Assembly (NCBI GenBank): GCA_965197465.1 | Contig: OZ240209.1 | Span: 948,713 to 1,012,712 of the forward strand | Source: Candidatus Poribacteria bacterium | GTDB lineage: Bacteria; Poribacteria; WGA-4E; JAJDTR01 | DNA length: 64,000 nt | Reading direction: 5' to 3' | Shown here: in pieces, positions 27,851 through 35,209 of the stretch | How the letters are laid out: each line of letters starts with the position of its first letter | Position numbering within the stretch: the first letter of the stretch is position 1 | Program-made: the position numbers and the translations under genes | Notes under the pieces: generated by a model | Told to the model about the DNA's origin: nothing | What the model saw: the letters and a program-made list of their open reading frames with translations, nothing else | The model's database searches: none

Positions 27851-28504
27851 TTAACTCGTGATGTGTCGGGTTACGAGCTCTCGAATTTCGTCACGCACTA
27901 GTTTAAAATTTCGCTCGGAGTGTATCACTTTAACACGGTGCGGCTCCTCTCTGGCAATGGTAAGGTAGCCTTCCCGAACACGTTGATGAAACTCAAAATC
28001 TTCCATCTCCAAGCGATCCATCGAACGCCGTCTGCGACGTGCTCGCCCTAAACCGACCTTAACCGGTACGTCCAAGACAATCGTCAAATCCGGCACTAAT
28101 CCGTCTGTTGCAACACGATTTAGGTGATGAATGAGTTCAAGGTCGAGTCCGCGTCCATGCCCTTGGTAAGCAACCGTTGCATCCCCAAATCGATCCGAGA
28201 TTACAATCTGTCCCTTCGCGAGGGCGGGAGCAATGCATTGCGCCACATGTTGCGATCGTGCGGCAGCGTACAACAGCAGTTCTGTGGTACTTACCATCTT
28301 GTGATGCTGACGCTCTAACAGTACCTCACGAATGCGTTCCGAAATTGGGGTTCCGCCGGGCTCACGCGTAATCAACACCGAAACCCCTTCTTTTTCTAGG
28401 CTCGCGGCTAGCTGCCGGATCTGTGTAGATTTGCCCGCTCCCTCCACGCCTTCGAATGTAATGAACAATCCTCGTCGCGCCACGATTTCCTTTTGCCAAA
28501 TCAA
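27851..28504 (-). CDS. tmk: dTMP (thymidylate) kinase
   Basis: 217-aa ORF. Motifs are FITFEGVEGAGKSTQ, TREPGGT and DRF.DATVAYQG. Confidence 0.9.
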   Translation of the reverse strand: MIWQKEIVARRGLFITFEGVEGAGKSTQIRQLAASLEKEGVSVLITREPGGTPISERIREVLLERQHHKMVSTTELLLYAAARSQHVAQCIAPALAKGQIVISDRFGDATVAYQGHGRGLDLELIHHLNRVATDGLVPDLTIVLDVPVKVGLGRARRRRRSMDRLEMEDFEFHQRVREGYLTIAREEPHRVKVIHSERNFKLVRDEIRELVTRHITS

Positions 28505-28524
28505 TGATTAGCGGCATCCCGCTT

Positions 28525-28842
28525 TCAACTTTGGTCAACCACATCCTGAATCCAAGAGAGCGCCGCCATACTTGGAGACCAACCGATGGATGTTACCGCA
28601 AGTAGCGCGATTTGCCGTAACTCCTCCGGGCTAATTCCTTGTTTCAAGGCACGGCGAGTGTGCGAGTGTACCGCACCTTCCGACTTCGCGCCAACGGCAA
28701 GCGCAAGTTTAACGAGTCGGACTGTCTGCTCGTCTAGCGGTCCAGCGTCGCTACACGCCTCACCAAAATCCTGATACGCCTTCCATACCTCCGGATATTG
28801 TTTGATGACTCCTTCAAGAAAATCTGGTAGCTTCTCCTTCAT
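28525..28842 (-). CDS. Carboxymuconolactone decarboxylase (AhpD-like) family protein
   Basis: 105-aa ORF with a CMD-like helical pattern (LDEQTVRLVKLALAVGAKSEGAVHSHTRRALKQGISPEELRQIA). The CxxC of true AhpD is absent, replaced by SEGAV. Confidence 0.55.
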   Translation of the reverse strand: MKEKLPDFLEGVIKQYPEVWKAYQDFGEACSDAGPLDEQTVRLVKLALAVGAKSEGAVHSHTRRALKQGISPEELRQIALLAVTSIGWSPSMAALSWIQDVVDQS

Positions 28843-28878
28843 GTTTTTACCTCTGTGGGTTGACGGCGTAATTGGTAA

Positions 28879-29067
28879 TTATGACGTTTTCTTTCCGGTG
28901 TCCGACTCTTGGTCAACTTCCTCGTCTTCCGGTTTCTCACGCATACCAGCTTTGAATGATGTCACGCTTTTTCCGATCCCACGTGCAAGTCCGGGGATCC
29001 GTTTCGCACCGAAAAGTAGAACCACAATCAACACGACAATTAGTATTTCAGTAAGCCCGGGTGTCAT
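28879..29067 (-). CDS. tatA: Twin-arginine translocase TatA/TatE family subunit
   Basis: 62-aa ORF. LIVVLIVVLLFGAKRIPGLARGIGKSVTSFK is the canonical TatA TM helix plus amphipathic helix. Confidence 0.85.
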   Translation of the reverse strand: MTPGLTEILIVVLIVVLLFGAKRIPGLARGIGKSVTSFKAGMREKPEDEEVDQESDTGKKTS

Positions 29068-29398
29068 CTGTGTTTCCCTCCTTTTACCTCATGTGAGTAC
29101 ACCGGTCCAACAACCTGGCTCTCGGTATTAGGACTAACGCACATCAACTTCACCACGATTCATCCGATGGCGGGAATTGTGTTCCCCGTCAATGCGTAGT
29201 CAAACTAAGGGATTTGAGCATTTTACAGCACTCAAGCTAGGCTATTTTGGATCGGCGTGTCAATCAAGTAGCGCGGATCGCTGTATCACCGTTGAACCTA
29301 TATTCTATCATCCTAAGCGGGATTTCGCATGGGTAATCTCTATTATGCATCTGATTTCCGATGATTGGCCCGTCGCAGCATCGGTGAGGGAAATAAGG

Positions 29399-29427
29399 TT
29401 GACACCCCCTTTGCTCGGTGTTATAGT
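29399..29427 (+). promoter_or_regulatory. Near-consensus sigma70 promoter (TTGACA-17 nt-TATAGT)
   Basis: ttgaca is at 29399..29404 and tatagt at 29422..29427, with exactly 17 nt between them. The next coding start on this strand is ~370 nt downstream at 29799. Confidence 0.45.
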
Positions 29428-29643
29428 GATACAACTACTGCGCATAAAATCAAATCGCGATTCTTAGGACTCGACGGTTAATTTCCGCTACCATCGGGCG
29501 AGCCATACGGTCCTCATATAATCCCCTTTTCGTAACAGTTTAGTTCCCTGATTTCTGGGGTCGAGTGCTATGAATCTAGACTGCCTTTTTTGCCATTTTC
29601 TAGGCGCACCTCGTGTGGATGCCCATTTTTCCGGTTTGTAGTA

Positions 29644-29682
29644 GGGATCAAGCGACTGAATAAGGAGTGCTATAGAGATCCC
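29644..29682. repeat. Sub-repeat copy (reverse orientation) inside the long leader
   Basis: gggatcaagcgactgaataaggagtgctatagagatccc is the reverse complement of the GGGATCTCTAT..CTTGATCCC unit. Confidence 0.6.
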
Positions 29683-29798
29683 TATGCATTGCCCGTCCTA
29701 TGGCTCCAGGGGTTTTCTGACCACTAATCACTAGCCACTAAACACTTACCCCTTTTCTAAGTTAGGCCCGTCTATCGGTATTCTACAGGAGTTTCAGT

Positions 29799-31211
29799 TT
29801 GGATAGTAAAGAAAAATGCTTGTTTATTAACAGCCAAATGCCAGAGGGAGGGCTGTTTACCGGAGAAAAAAGAAATATCCACCCCGATAGCAACACCGCC
29901 TGGCGAATTTCCCCGGAGCCGTTCTGGATCTCTCAAACCGAGCTGGAATGGTTTGAAACACTCGGGAGCCATCTTCTGCGGTTTTACCAAACGTGCAATC
30001 TGCTGTATTCACAAAGCGCGCGAGGCATTCAGCCTCCGTGGATTGCAGCTTACCTCGACCAAGGCAAGCCGGAAACAGTAATTCAACAAGGGCGAATGAA
30101 TCGATTTAAGAGCCAACTCCCACAGGTCATTCGTCCTGACATTATCCCCTCGAACGACGGAATGGTCATCACTGAGCTGGATTCTGTCCCGGGCGGAATC
30201 GGATTCACGGCAAATCTGGCGACTCAGTACGGGGGGCTTGACGACAATGTCACGGGTGGGAGTAATGGAATGACGCTTGGTTTCGCGGACATGATTCGCT
30301 TCATCGCAAAGCAGGAATGCCCAACCTTGGCGATTGTTGTTTCGGACGAAGCCGGAGATTACCGGTCCGAAATGGAGTGGTTCGCGTCTATCCTGCGCGG
30401 GAATTGTCTGAACGCATATACCGTCAAACCCCATGAGATCACTTTTACGGAGCAGGGATTGTACCTTGAATCCGCACATGGGAGCGTTCAAATTGACGTT
30501 CTCTACCGCTTCTTTGAACTGTTTGATCTGCCGAACATACCGAAGGTCGAACTAATGTTATACGCTGCAAAGAAGCGCACAATTGTGATGACTCCTCCTC
30601 CGAAATCCTATCTGGAGGAGAAGTCGCTATTTGCTCTGTTCTGCCACCCCATGCTAGAACCCTTCTGGCGCAGAGAACTTGGCAAAAAGACCTATCCCTT
30701 CTTGCGCGAGGTTATTCCCCAAACATGGTTGCTGGATCCTCGGTCACTCCCGCCGCATGCCGTAATACCGGGACTTGAGATTGGTAATCTGCCCGTTACG
30801 GATTGGCGTCAGATTATCGCCGGTACCCAGCGCGAGCGCGAATTGGTTCTTAAACCTTCCGGGTTTTCGGAACTGGCGTGGGGGAGCCGAGGCGTGGCGA
30901 TTGGACATGACCTCTCCACGGAGGATTGGACAGCCGCCGTGGAAAATGCCTTGGATAGTTTTGATCGAACGCCCTATGTTCTGCAGAGATTTCATAAAGC
31001 CAAGCGCGTCCGGATGAGTTACTACGACTTTGACCGTCGAGACGTGCAGGAGATGGCTGGAAGACCACTCCTCCGCCCCTACTACTTCGTGACGGGGGAC
31101 AAGGTTCGGCTTGGCGGTATTCAAGCCGTGGTATGCCCCGCGGACAAAAAGATTTTGCACGGCATGGTTGATTCTATTATTGTGCCCGGAGCGCTCAGAC
31201 CCGATGCGTAG
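29799..31211 (+). CDS. Hypothetical protein, possibly ATP-grasp superfamily (glutathionylspermidine-synthase / circularly permuted ATP-grasp-like)
   Basis: 470-aa ORF with a TTG start in the track. Weak resemblances include IRPDIIPSNDGMVITELDSVPGGIG, YLEEKSLFALFCHP and LVLKPSGFSELAWGSRGVAIG. This is not a secure assignment. Confidence 0.3.
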   Translation: MDSKEKCLFINSQMPEGGLFTGEKRNIHPDSNTAWRISPEPFWISQTELEWFETLGSHLLRFYQTCNLLYSQSARGIQPPWIAAYLDQGKPETVIQQGRMNRFKSQLPQVIRPDIIPSNDGMVITELDSVPGGIGFTANLATQYGGLDDNVTGGSNGMTLGFADMIRFIAKQECPTLAIVVSDEAGDYRSEMEWFASILRGNCLNAYTVKPHEITFTEQGLYLESAHGSVQIDVLYRFFELFDLPNIPKVELMLYAAKKRTIVMTPPPKSYLEEKSLFALFCHPMLEPFWRRELGKKTYPFLREVIPQTWLLDPRSLPPHAVIPGLEIGNLPVTDWRQIIAGTQRERELVLKPSGFSELAWGSRGVAIGHDLSTEDWTAAVENALDSFDRTPYVLQRFHKAKRVRMSYYDFDRRDVQEMAGRPLLRPYYFVTGDKVRLGGIQAVVCPADKKILHGMVDSIIVPGALRPDA

Positions 31212-31516
31212 ATCCTGTTTGAATAATCGGTAGCAAAGCCATTTTTGGTCATTTGTAGGAAGGTTTTTATTGTTGTCTGCTACGTATCTGTCGGGATTTC
31301 TATCGCACTCGTTATTCACTCGTTTGATCCCGCGCTGGGACTTTGGTGCACGGGGTTTTGGCGTTTCTATACACCTTTAGGATCTCTATCGCAGTCGCTA
31401 TTCGCTCCCTTGATCCCCTCTGGGGCTTTTAGAGGCTGGTGCGCAGGGGATTTCTATCGCCTTCGCTATCCGCTCAGTTGATCGCACCCTACAAATGTAC
31501 TTTTCAAACAGGATCT
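31210..31516. mobile_element. MITE-like element, copy 3 (307 bp, about four internal sub-repeat units)
   Basis: It has perfect 14-bp TIRs, AGATCCTGTTTGAA (31210..31223) and TTCAAACAGGATCT (31503..31516). The left and right modules match copies 1 and 2. The left TIR overlaps the TAG stop (31209..31211) of the upstream gene. Confidence 0.6.
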
Positions 31517-31545
31517 TAGGAAACTCGGTTTCTCTAGACATAATC

Positions 31546-31566
31546 GTAGGGTGCGTACCACGCACC
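31546..31566 (+). repeat. REP-like element (GTAG head plus palindrome)
   Basis: The sequence is GTAG-GGTGCGT-acc-ACGCACC. A ccctacaaa tail recurs ~40 nt downstream. Confidence 0.5.
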
Positions 31567-31628
31567 AATGGCACGGGATGGCGGATAACGTCTACCCTAC
31601 AAAGATGAGGAAGCACTTTCGTCGGTAA

Positions 31629-32468
31629 ATGCAGTTATCCAAAGCACAACTTAACAGGTTCCGAAATGACGGATGCATCTGGTTTGAAGGATTCTTCACA
31701 CCGCGGGAGGCACAGGCACTTCGCCTTGAATTAGAGCGCATTTATGATCTTGAATTGAAAAACGGAACAGGAATAAACTGCGCTGTTCAGGAGGATGGAA
31801 CAAAACGTGACAATCATGGCGAACGACAGAACCTTCAAGTGATTCCGCTCAACAGTCGAAGTGATCTTCACAAAGCGCTCGCCTTCAACTCGAAAGTTCT
31901 ATCCGTCGTGGAGCAACTCATCGGGGACGATTTCATGTTGGAACTGGATCAAGCCTTCTGGAAACCGCCCAAGATAGGCATCGGCACAAACTGGCATCAG
32001 GACAATGCTTATTTCAAGATTGCCGACCCCTTGTGTGGCACAGCGATGTGGATTGCAATTCACGACGCGGACGTTGAGAATGGTTGTCTGCACGTGATTC
32101 CCGGCAGCCACCGCGAATCCTACGACCACTACCGCGATCCGCTCAGCGACCATCACATTCGATGCGATCCGCCGGAACACCGCGCCGTTCCGGTTGAATT
32201 GAAAGCGGGCGGAGTTGTGTTCTTTTGCTACGGAGTGGCGCACTGCACGAAAATCAACCTTTCTGATGAAGATCGGGCTGGCGTTGCCCTCCATTTTCTT
32301 CACAACAATTACGGCGGTTTGGAAATTTGGGAGAAGGAGAAAACGACTCGACCAATGCTCCGAGGCCCCCGCGCGACGGGAGGGGAAGCCGAATTTGGCG
32401 AAGGGTTTGAAGGCAGATGGGAAGAATTGGTCGATCGGGTGTTAGCTTCCGCTGAGAACCCTCGGTAG
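31629..32468 (+). CDS. Phytanoyl-CoA dioxygenase (PhyH) family Fe(II)/2-oxoglutarate oxygenase
   Basis: 279-aa ORF. Motifs are FRNDGCIWFEGFF, WHQDNAYF (HxD), LHVIPGSH and the distal VAHCT. Confidence 0.8.
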   Translation: MQLSKAQLNRFRNDGCIWFEGFFTPREAQALRLELERIYDLELKNGTGINCAVQEDGTKRDNHGERQNLQVIPLNSRSDLHKALAFNSKVLSVVEQLIGDDFMLELDQAFWKPPKIGIGTNWHQDNAYFKIADPLCGTAMWIAIHDADVENGCLHVIPGSHRESYDHYRDPLSDHHIRCDPPEHRAVPVELKAGGVVFFCYGVAHCTKINLSDEDRAGVALHFLHNNYGGLEIWEKEKTTRPMLRGPRATGGEAEFGEGFEGRWEELVDRVLASAENPR

Positions 32469-32492
32469 GGAACGCAGATCTGCGTTCCCTAC
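32465..32492 (+). repeat. REP-like perfect palindrome with a GTAG head, overlapping the PhyH stop codon
   Basis: GTAGGGAACGCAGATCTGCGTTCCCTAC is a perfect 28-nt palindrome. The TAG of its GTAG head (32466..32468) is the stop codon of ORF 31629..32468. Confidence 0.65.
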
Positions 32493-32610
32493 AATGTGTA
32501 ATTTCCCGAGTCATCGGGTGTTCTGCAACGCAGAGATAGTCTTCATTCTATAATCCAAGATCTGCGTCTCAACCCGATGAAGCTTCGAATTACGAGGCTA
32601 AGGAGATAAA

Positions 32611-33660
32611 TTGGTACGAATCGGAATTGTTGGCATCGGCTTCATGGGAATGATTCATTACTACGGCATCAAGAAGGTTTCAGGTGCCGAGGTCGTCGCA
32701 ATCTGCACCCGTAATCCGAAAAAACTTGACGGCGATTGGACCTCCATTCAAGGAAATTTTGGACCCCGGGGCGGTATTGAGAATCTCTCCCATCTCCGAA
32801 AATACAATCAGATCCAAGACCTCCTCGCCGATCCGGATGTTGATATGGTAGACATCTGCCTGCCGGTACAGTTGCATAAGGCGGTTAGTATCGCGGCACT
32901 TGAAGCCGGAAAACATGTGCTCGTTGAGAAACCGATTTCGATTCGGCTTGATGACGCCACCGATATGGTCGAGATTGGGAAAGAGAGTGGGCGGCATTTC
33001 ATGGTCGCACACGTACTTCCTTTTTTCGCAGAATTCGCTTATGCAAAACACGCGGTGGAGTGCGGCGACTACGGAGAACTTCTTGGGGCGCATTTCAAAC
33101 GAGTCACCTCAAAGTCGAAGAAGACACAGGATTTGGAAGAATTAGAGAGGAGCGGCGGACCAGGGATTGACCTGCACATCCATGACACGCACTTCATCCA
33201 GCTCCTTTGCGGAATGCCCGACGCTGTATTCTCCCGAGGGGTGCTGGCAACCGGCAATTTCGCCGCGTCTCTGACGACGCAATACATCTATAACGACAGA
33301 GACCTCTCAATTAGTTGCTCAGCGGGAGGGATGTCCCAAAGCGGACGGGCATTCTCACACGGTTTTGAGATTTACCTTGAGAGAGCCACCTTGCTTTATG
33401 AGTTTGCCACGCTCGGCGGTCAGCCAGCGACTTCGATACCGCTGACGCTGCTCACAGAGGCGGGAGAGATTCAGCAGGTCGATCTCGGTGAATCGGGTCC
33501 CATAGATGCCTTTACCGATGAAATCCAGTACGCCGTTGACGCAATCAATGGCGATTACGAACCCACAGCGTTATCGGCGGTCGGTGCAAGAGACGCACTG
33601 GCGCTCTGTTATAAAGAAGCCGAATCGGTCAAGACGGGACAGATTGTTTCAGTCTCTTGA
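32611..33660 (+). CDS. Gfo/Idh/MocA family oxidoreductase
   Basis: 349-aa ORF. The Rossmann motif is VRIGIVGIGFMGMIH, followed by the EKP motif (VLVEKPIS). Confidence 0.85.
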   Translation: MVRIGIVGIGFMGMIHYYGIKKVSGAEVVAICTRNPKKLDGDWTSIQGNFGPRGGIENLSHLRKYNQIQDLLADPDVDMVDICLPVQLHKAVSIAALEAGKHVLVEKPISIRLDDATDMVEIGKESGRHFMVAHVLPFFAEFAYAKHAVECGDYGELLGAHFKRVTSKSKKTQDLEELERSGGPGIDLHIHDTHFIQLLCGMPDAVFSRGVLATGNFAASLTTQYIYNDRDLSISCSAGGMSQSGRAFSHGFEIYLERATLLYEFATLGGQPATSIPLTLLTEAGEIQQVDLGESGPIDAFTDEIQYAVDAINGDYEPTALSAVGARDALALCYKEAESVKTGQIVSVS

Positions 33661-33774
33661 GAGTAACGCCGGAAGAAACCGAGTTTTTTCTCGAAAACTT
33701 GGTTTCTGTATCGATCATTTCCAAGATAGGTACAATCTTCAGATTACGAACCAACTACACGTCACTCCACCCAG

Positions 33775-34923
33775 ATGCACGCCTTTCATATACTCAGCGA
33801 CCTAGGCGAGGTCTTTATCCCAGCGCAATTCAGAGAACTCGCCTCGGACAATGCCCCTCTTAGACATTTTACAGACGGCAACCTTGGACAACTCGATCGC
33901 ATCTTCACCCACCTCCGGCGTGGCGGTGTGGCGGTGCTCTCCGGCAAGTGGGATCGGATTGTGGAGGTTTTGGACTATGCCGAGCGCAAGAAGAAAGAAC
34001 TCGCGCCAAGATTGGAGAAGCCGAAACGCCGACGAGATTCCAACTCGCGCGATAAACGCCCAAATCCCAACAAAGGCGCCTCGGCGTTGTCGCGCCTGAT
34101 GTGTTTTGCGGACGGGGCGGGCATCTTGCAAATCGATCCGCCTCCGAATCTCCCGTATTTGCTTGAGTTGGTCGGGGAAAATCCGGGCGGAAACAATCAG
34201 TGTCCATTTCTATTGCCAATTGCAACCGTTCAAAAACTCAAGACGGCGCTTTCGCAAGAGTATCCGATACAGGCACTCGGCACCTCGTTAGTGGCGTTCG
34301 AGAATGTACTACCGCCGCGTTCACAGGAGACAATCGCGTGTTTTCAAAATGGACTTCAGGCAATCAAGAAATATCTGCCACAACGGGCAGAAGTGCTAGA
34401 AGTTGGCTGTGGCAGCGGGTGTTTGACGCTATTGGCAGCGCAGGAGTTGTCGGAGTTGGAGGTAAAGATTCGTGCGTCGGATCTCTTGCCGGAAGCGGTT
34501 GCCACGACACGATATAACGTTTCTCATTGCTCGAACCACGCGGGATTAATTCAGCTATTGCCGCCGGGTGACCTTTTTGAGGCGGTTCCAGCAGGTCACC
34601 GTTTTAATCTCATTATTTTTAACGCCCCTTGGGTGGTTTCGCGGGCACGCAATCGCGCGGAACTCGCCATTCACGATGAAGGGCAGCGCATTTTGCGCAG
34701 GTTCTTCGACGATGTTCCTCAATATCTAAAGCCAGATGGACGGATACTCCTCGGATATGCGGACGCGTCTGGTCCCAAAGCCATCCAAAACTTGGAAAAG
34801 ATTATCAGCAACGCTGGATTTGGCGTGGTGAGCCGGCAAACCAAACGTGTCGCAACGCATCGATCCAAACGCAAATGGGAGCATATTATGGTTTGTGAAC
34901 TGATGGGATGTTTGAGACCTTAA
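33775..34923 (+). CDS. Class I SAM-dependent methyltransferase (MTS/HemK-like C-terminal domain) with an unassigned ~200-aa N-terminal region
   Basis: 382-aa ORF. Motif I is VLEVGCGSGCLTLLAA and the motif IV-like segment is LIIFNAPW (an NPPY/NPPF variant). The N-terminal half contains a strongly basic stretch KKKELAPRLEKPKRRRDSNSRDKRPNPNK. Confidence 0.6.
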   Translation: MHAFHILSDLGEVFIPAQFRELASDNAPLRHFTDGNLGQLDRIFTHLRRGGVAVLSGKWDRIVEVLDYAERKKKELAPRLEKPKRRRDSNSRDKRPNPNKGASALSRLMCFADGAGILQIDPPPNLPYLLELVGENPGGNNQCPFLLPIATVQKLKTALSQEYPIQALGTSLVAFENVLPPRSQETIACFQNGLQAIKKYLPQRAEVLEVGCGSGCLTLLAAQELSELEVKIRASDLLPEAVATTRYNVSHCSNHAGLIQLLPPGDLFEAVPAGHRFNLIIFNAPWVVSRARNRAELAIHDEGQRILRRFFDDVPQYLKPDGRILLGYADASGPKAIQNLEKIISNAGFGVVSRQTKRVATHRSKRKWEHIMVCELMGCLRP

Positions 34924-35209
34924 ACACCGAATTAAGATGGGCAGAAAACACCAAGGATGAAGGTTGCCAGAACGTCAAAAAGGTGGATGTTTACGCACCG
35001 AGGAAATACATCAGTCAGCGGGACCTCACAGCGATGAGAATAACTTTCTGCCAACTGCCTCATGCCTTGCAGGAAAGATAGACAAAGATATAGAATCGAC
35101 CTAGTTCTGTATGTGCAAAATCCACTGATGATGTGGTAAAATATCAATCTGAACGCATCCAATGACAGCAAAGTTACGTGCAATTCACCTTTAATTTGAT
35201 CGTCCGTCA

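Noticed and set aside
28525-28842. The AhpD-like CMD protein as a further selenoprotein candidate
   Set aside because: The position of the CxxC/UxxC motif reads SEGAV with no Cys and no in-frame TGA. The ORF is complete without recoding.
29455-29520. A possible tmRNA 5' end (ggactcgacgg resembles the GGAUUCGACGG of tmRNA)
   Set aside because: There is no GGGG acceptor start, no tag-peptide reading frame, no T-arm and no CCA-proximal 3' end nearby. The similarity is limited to ~10 nt.
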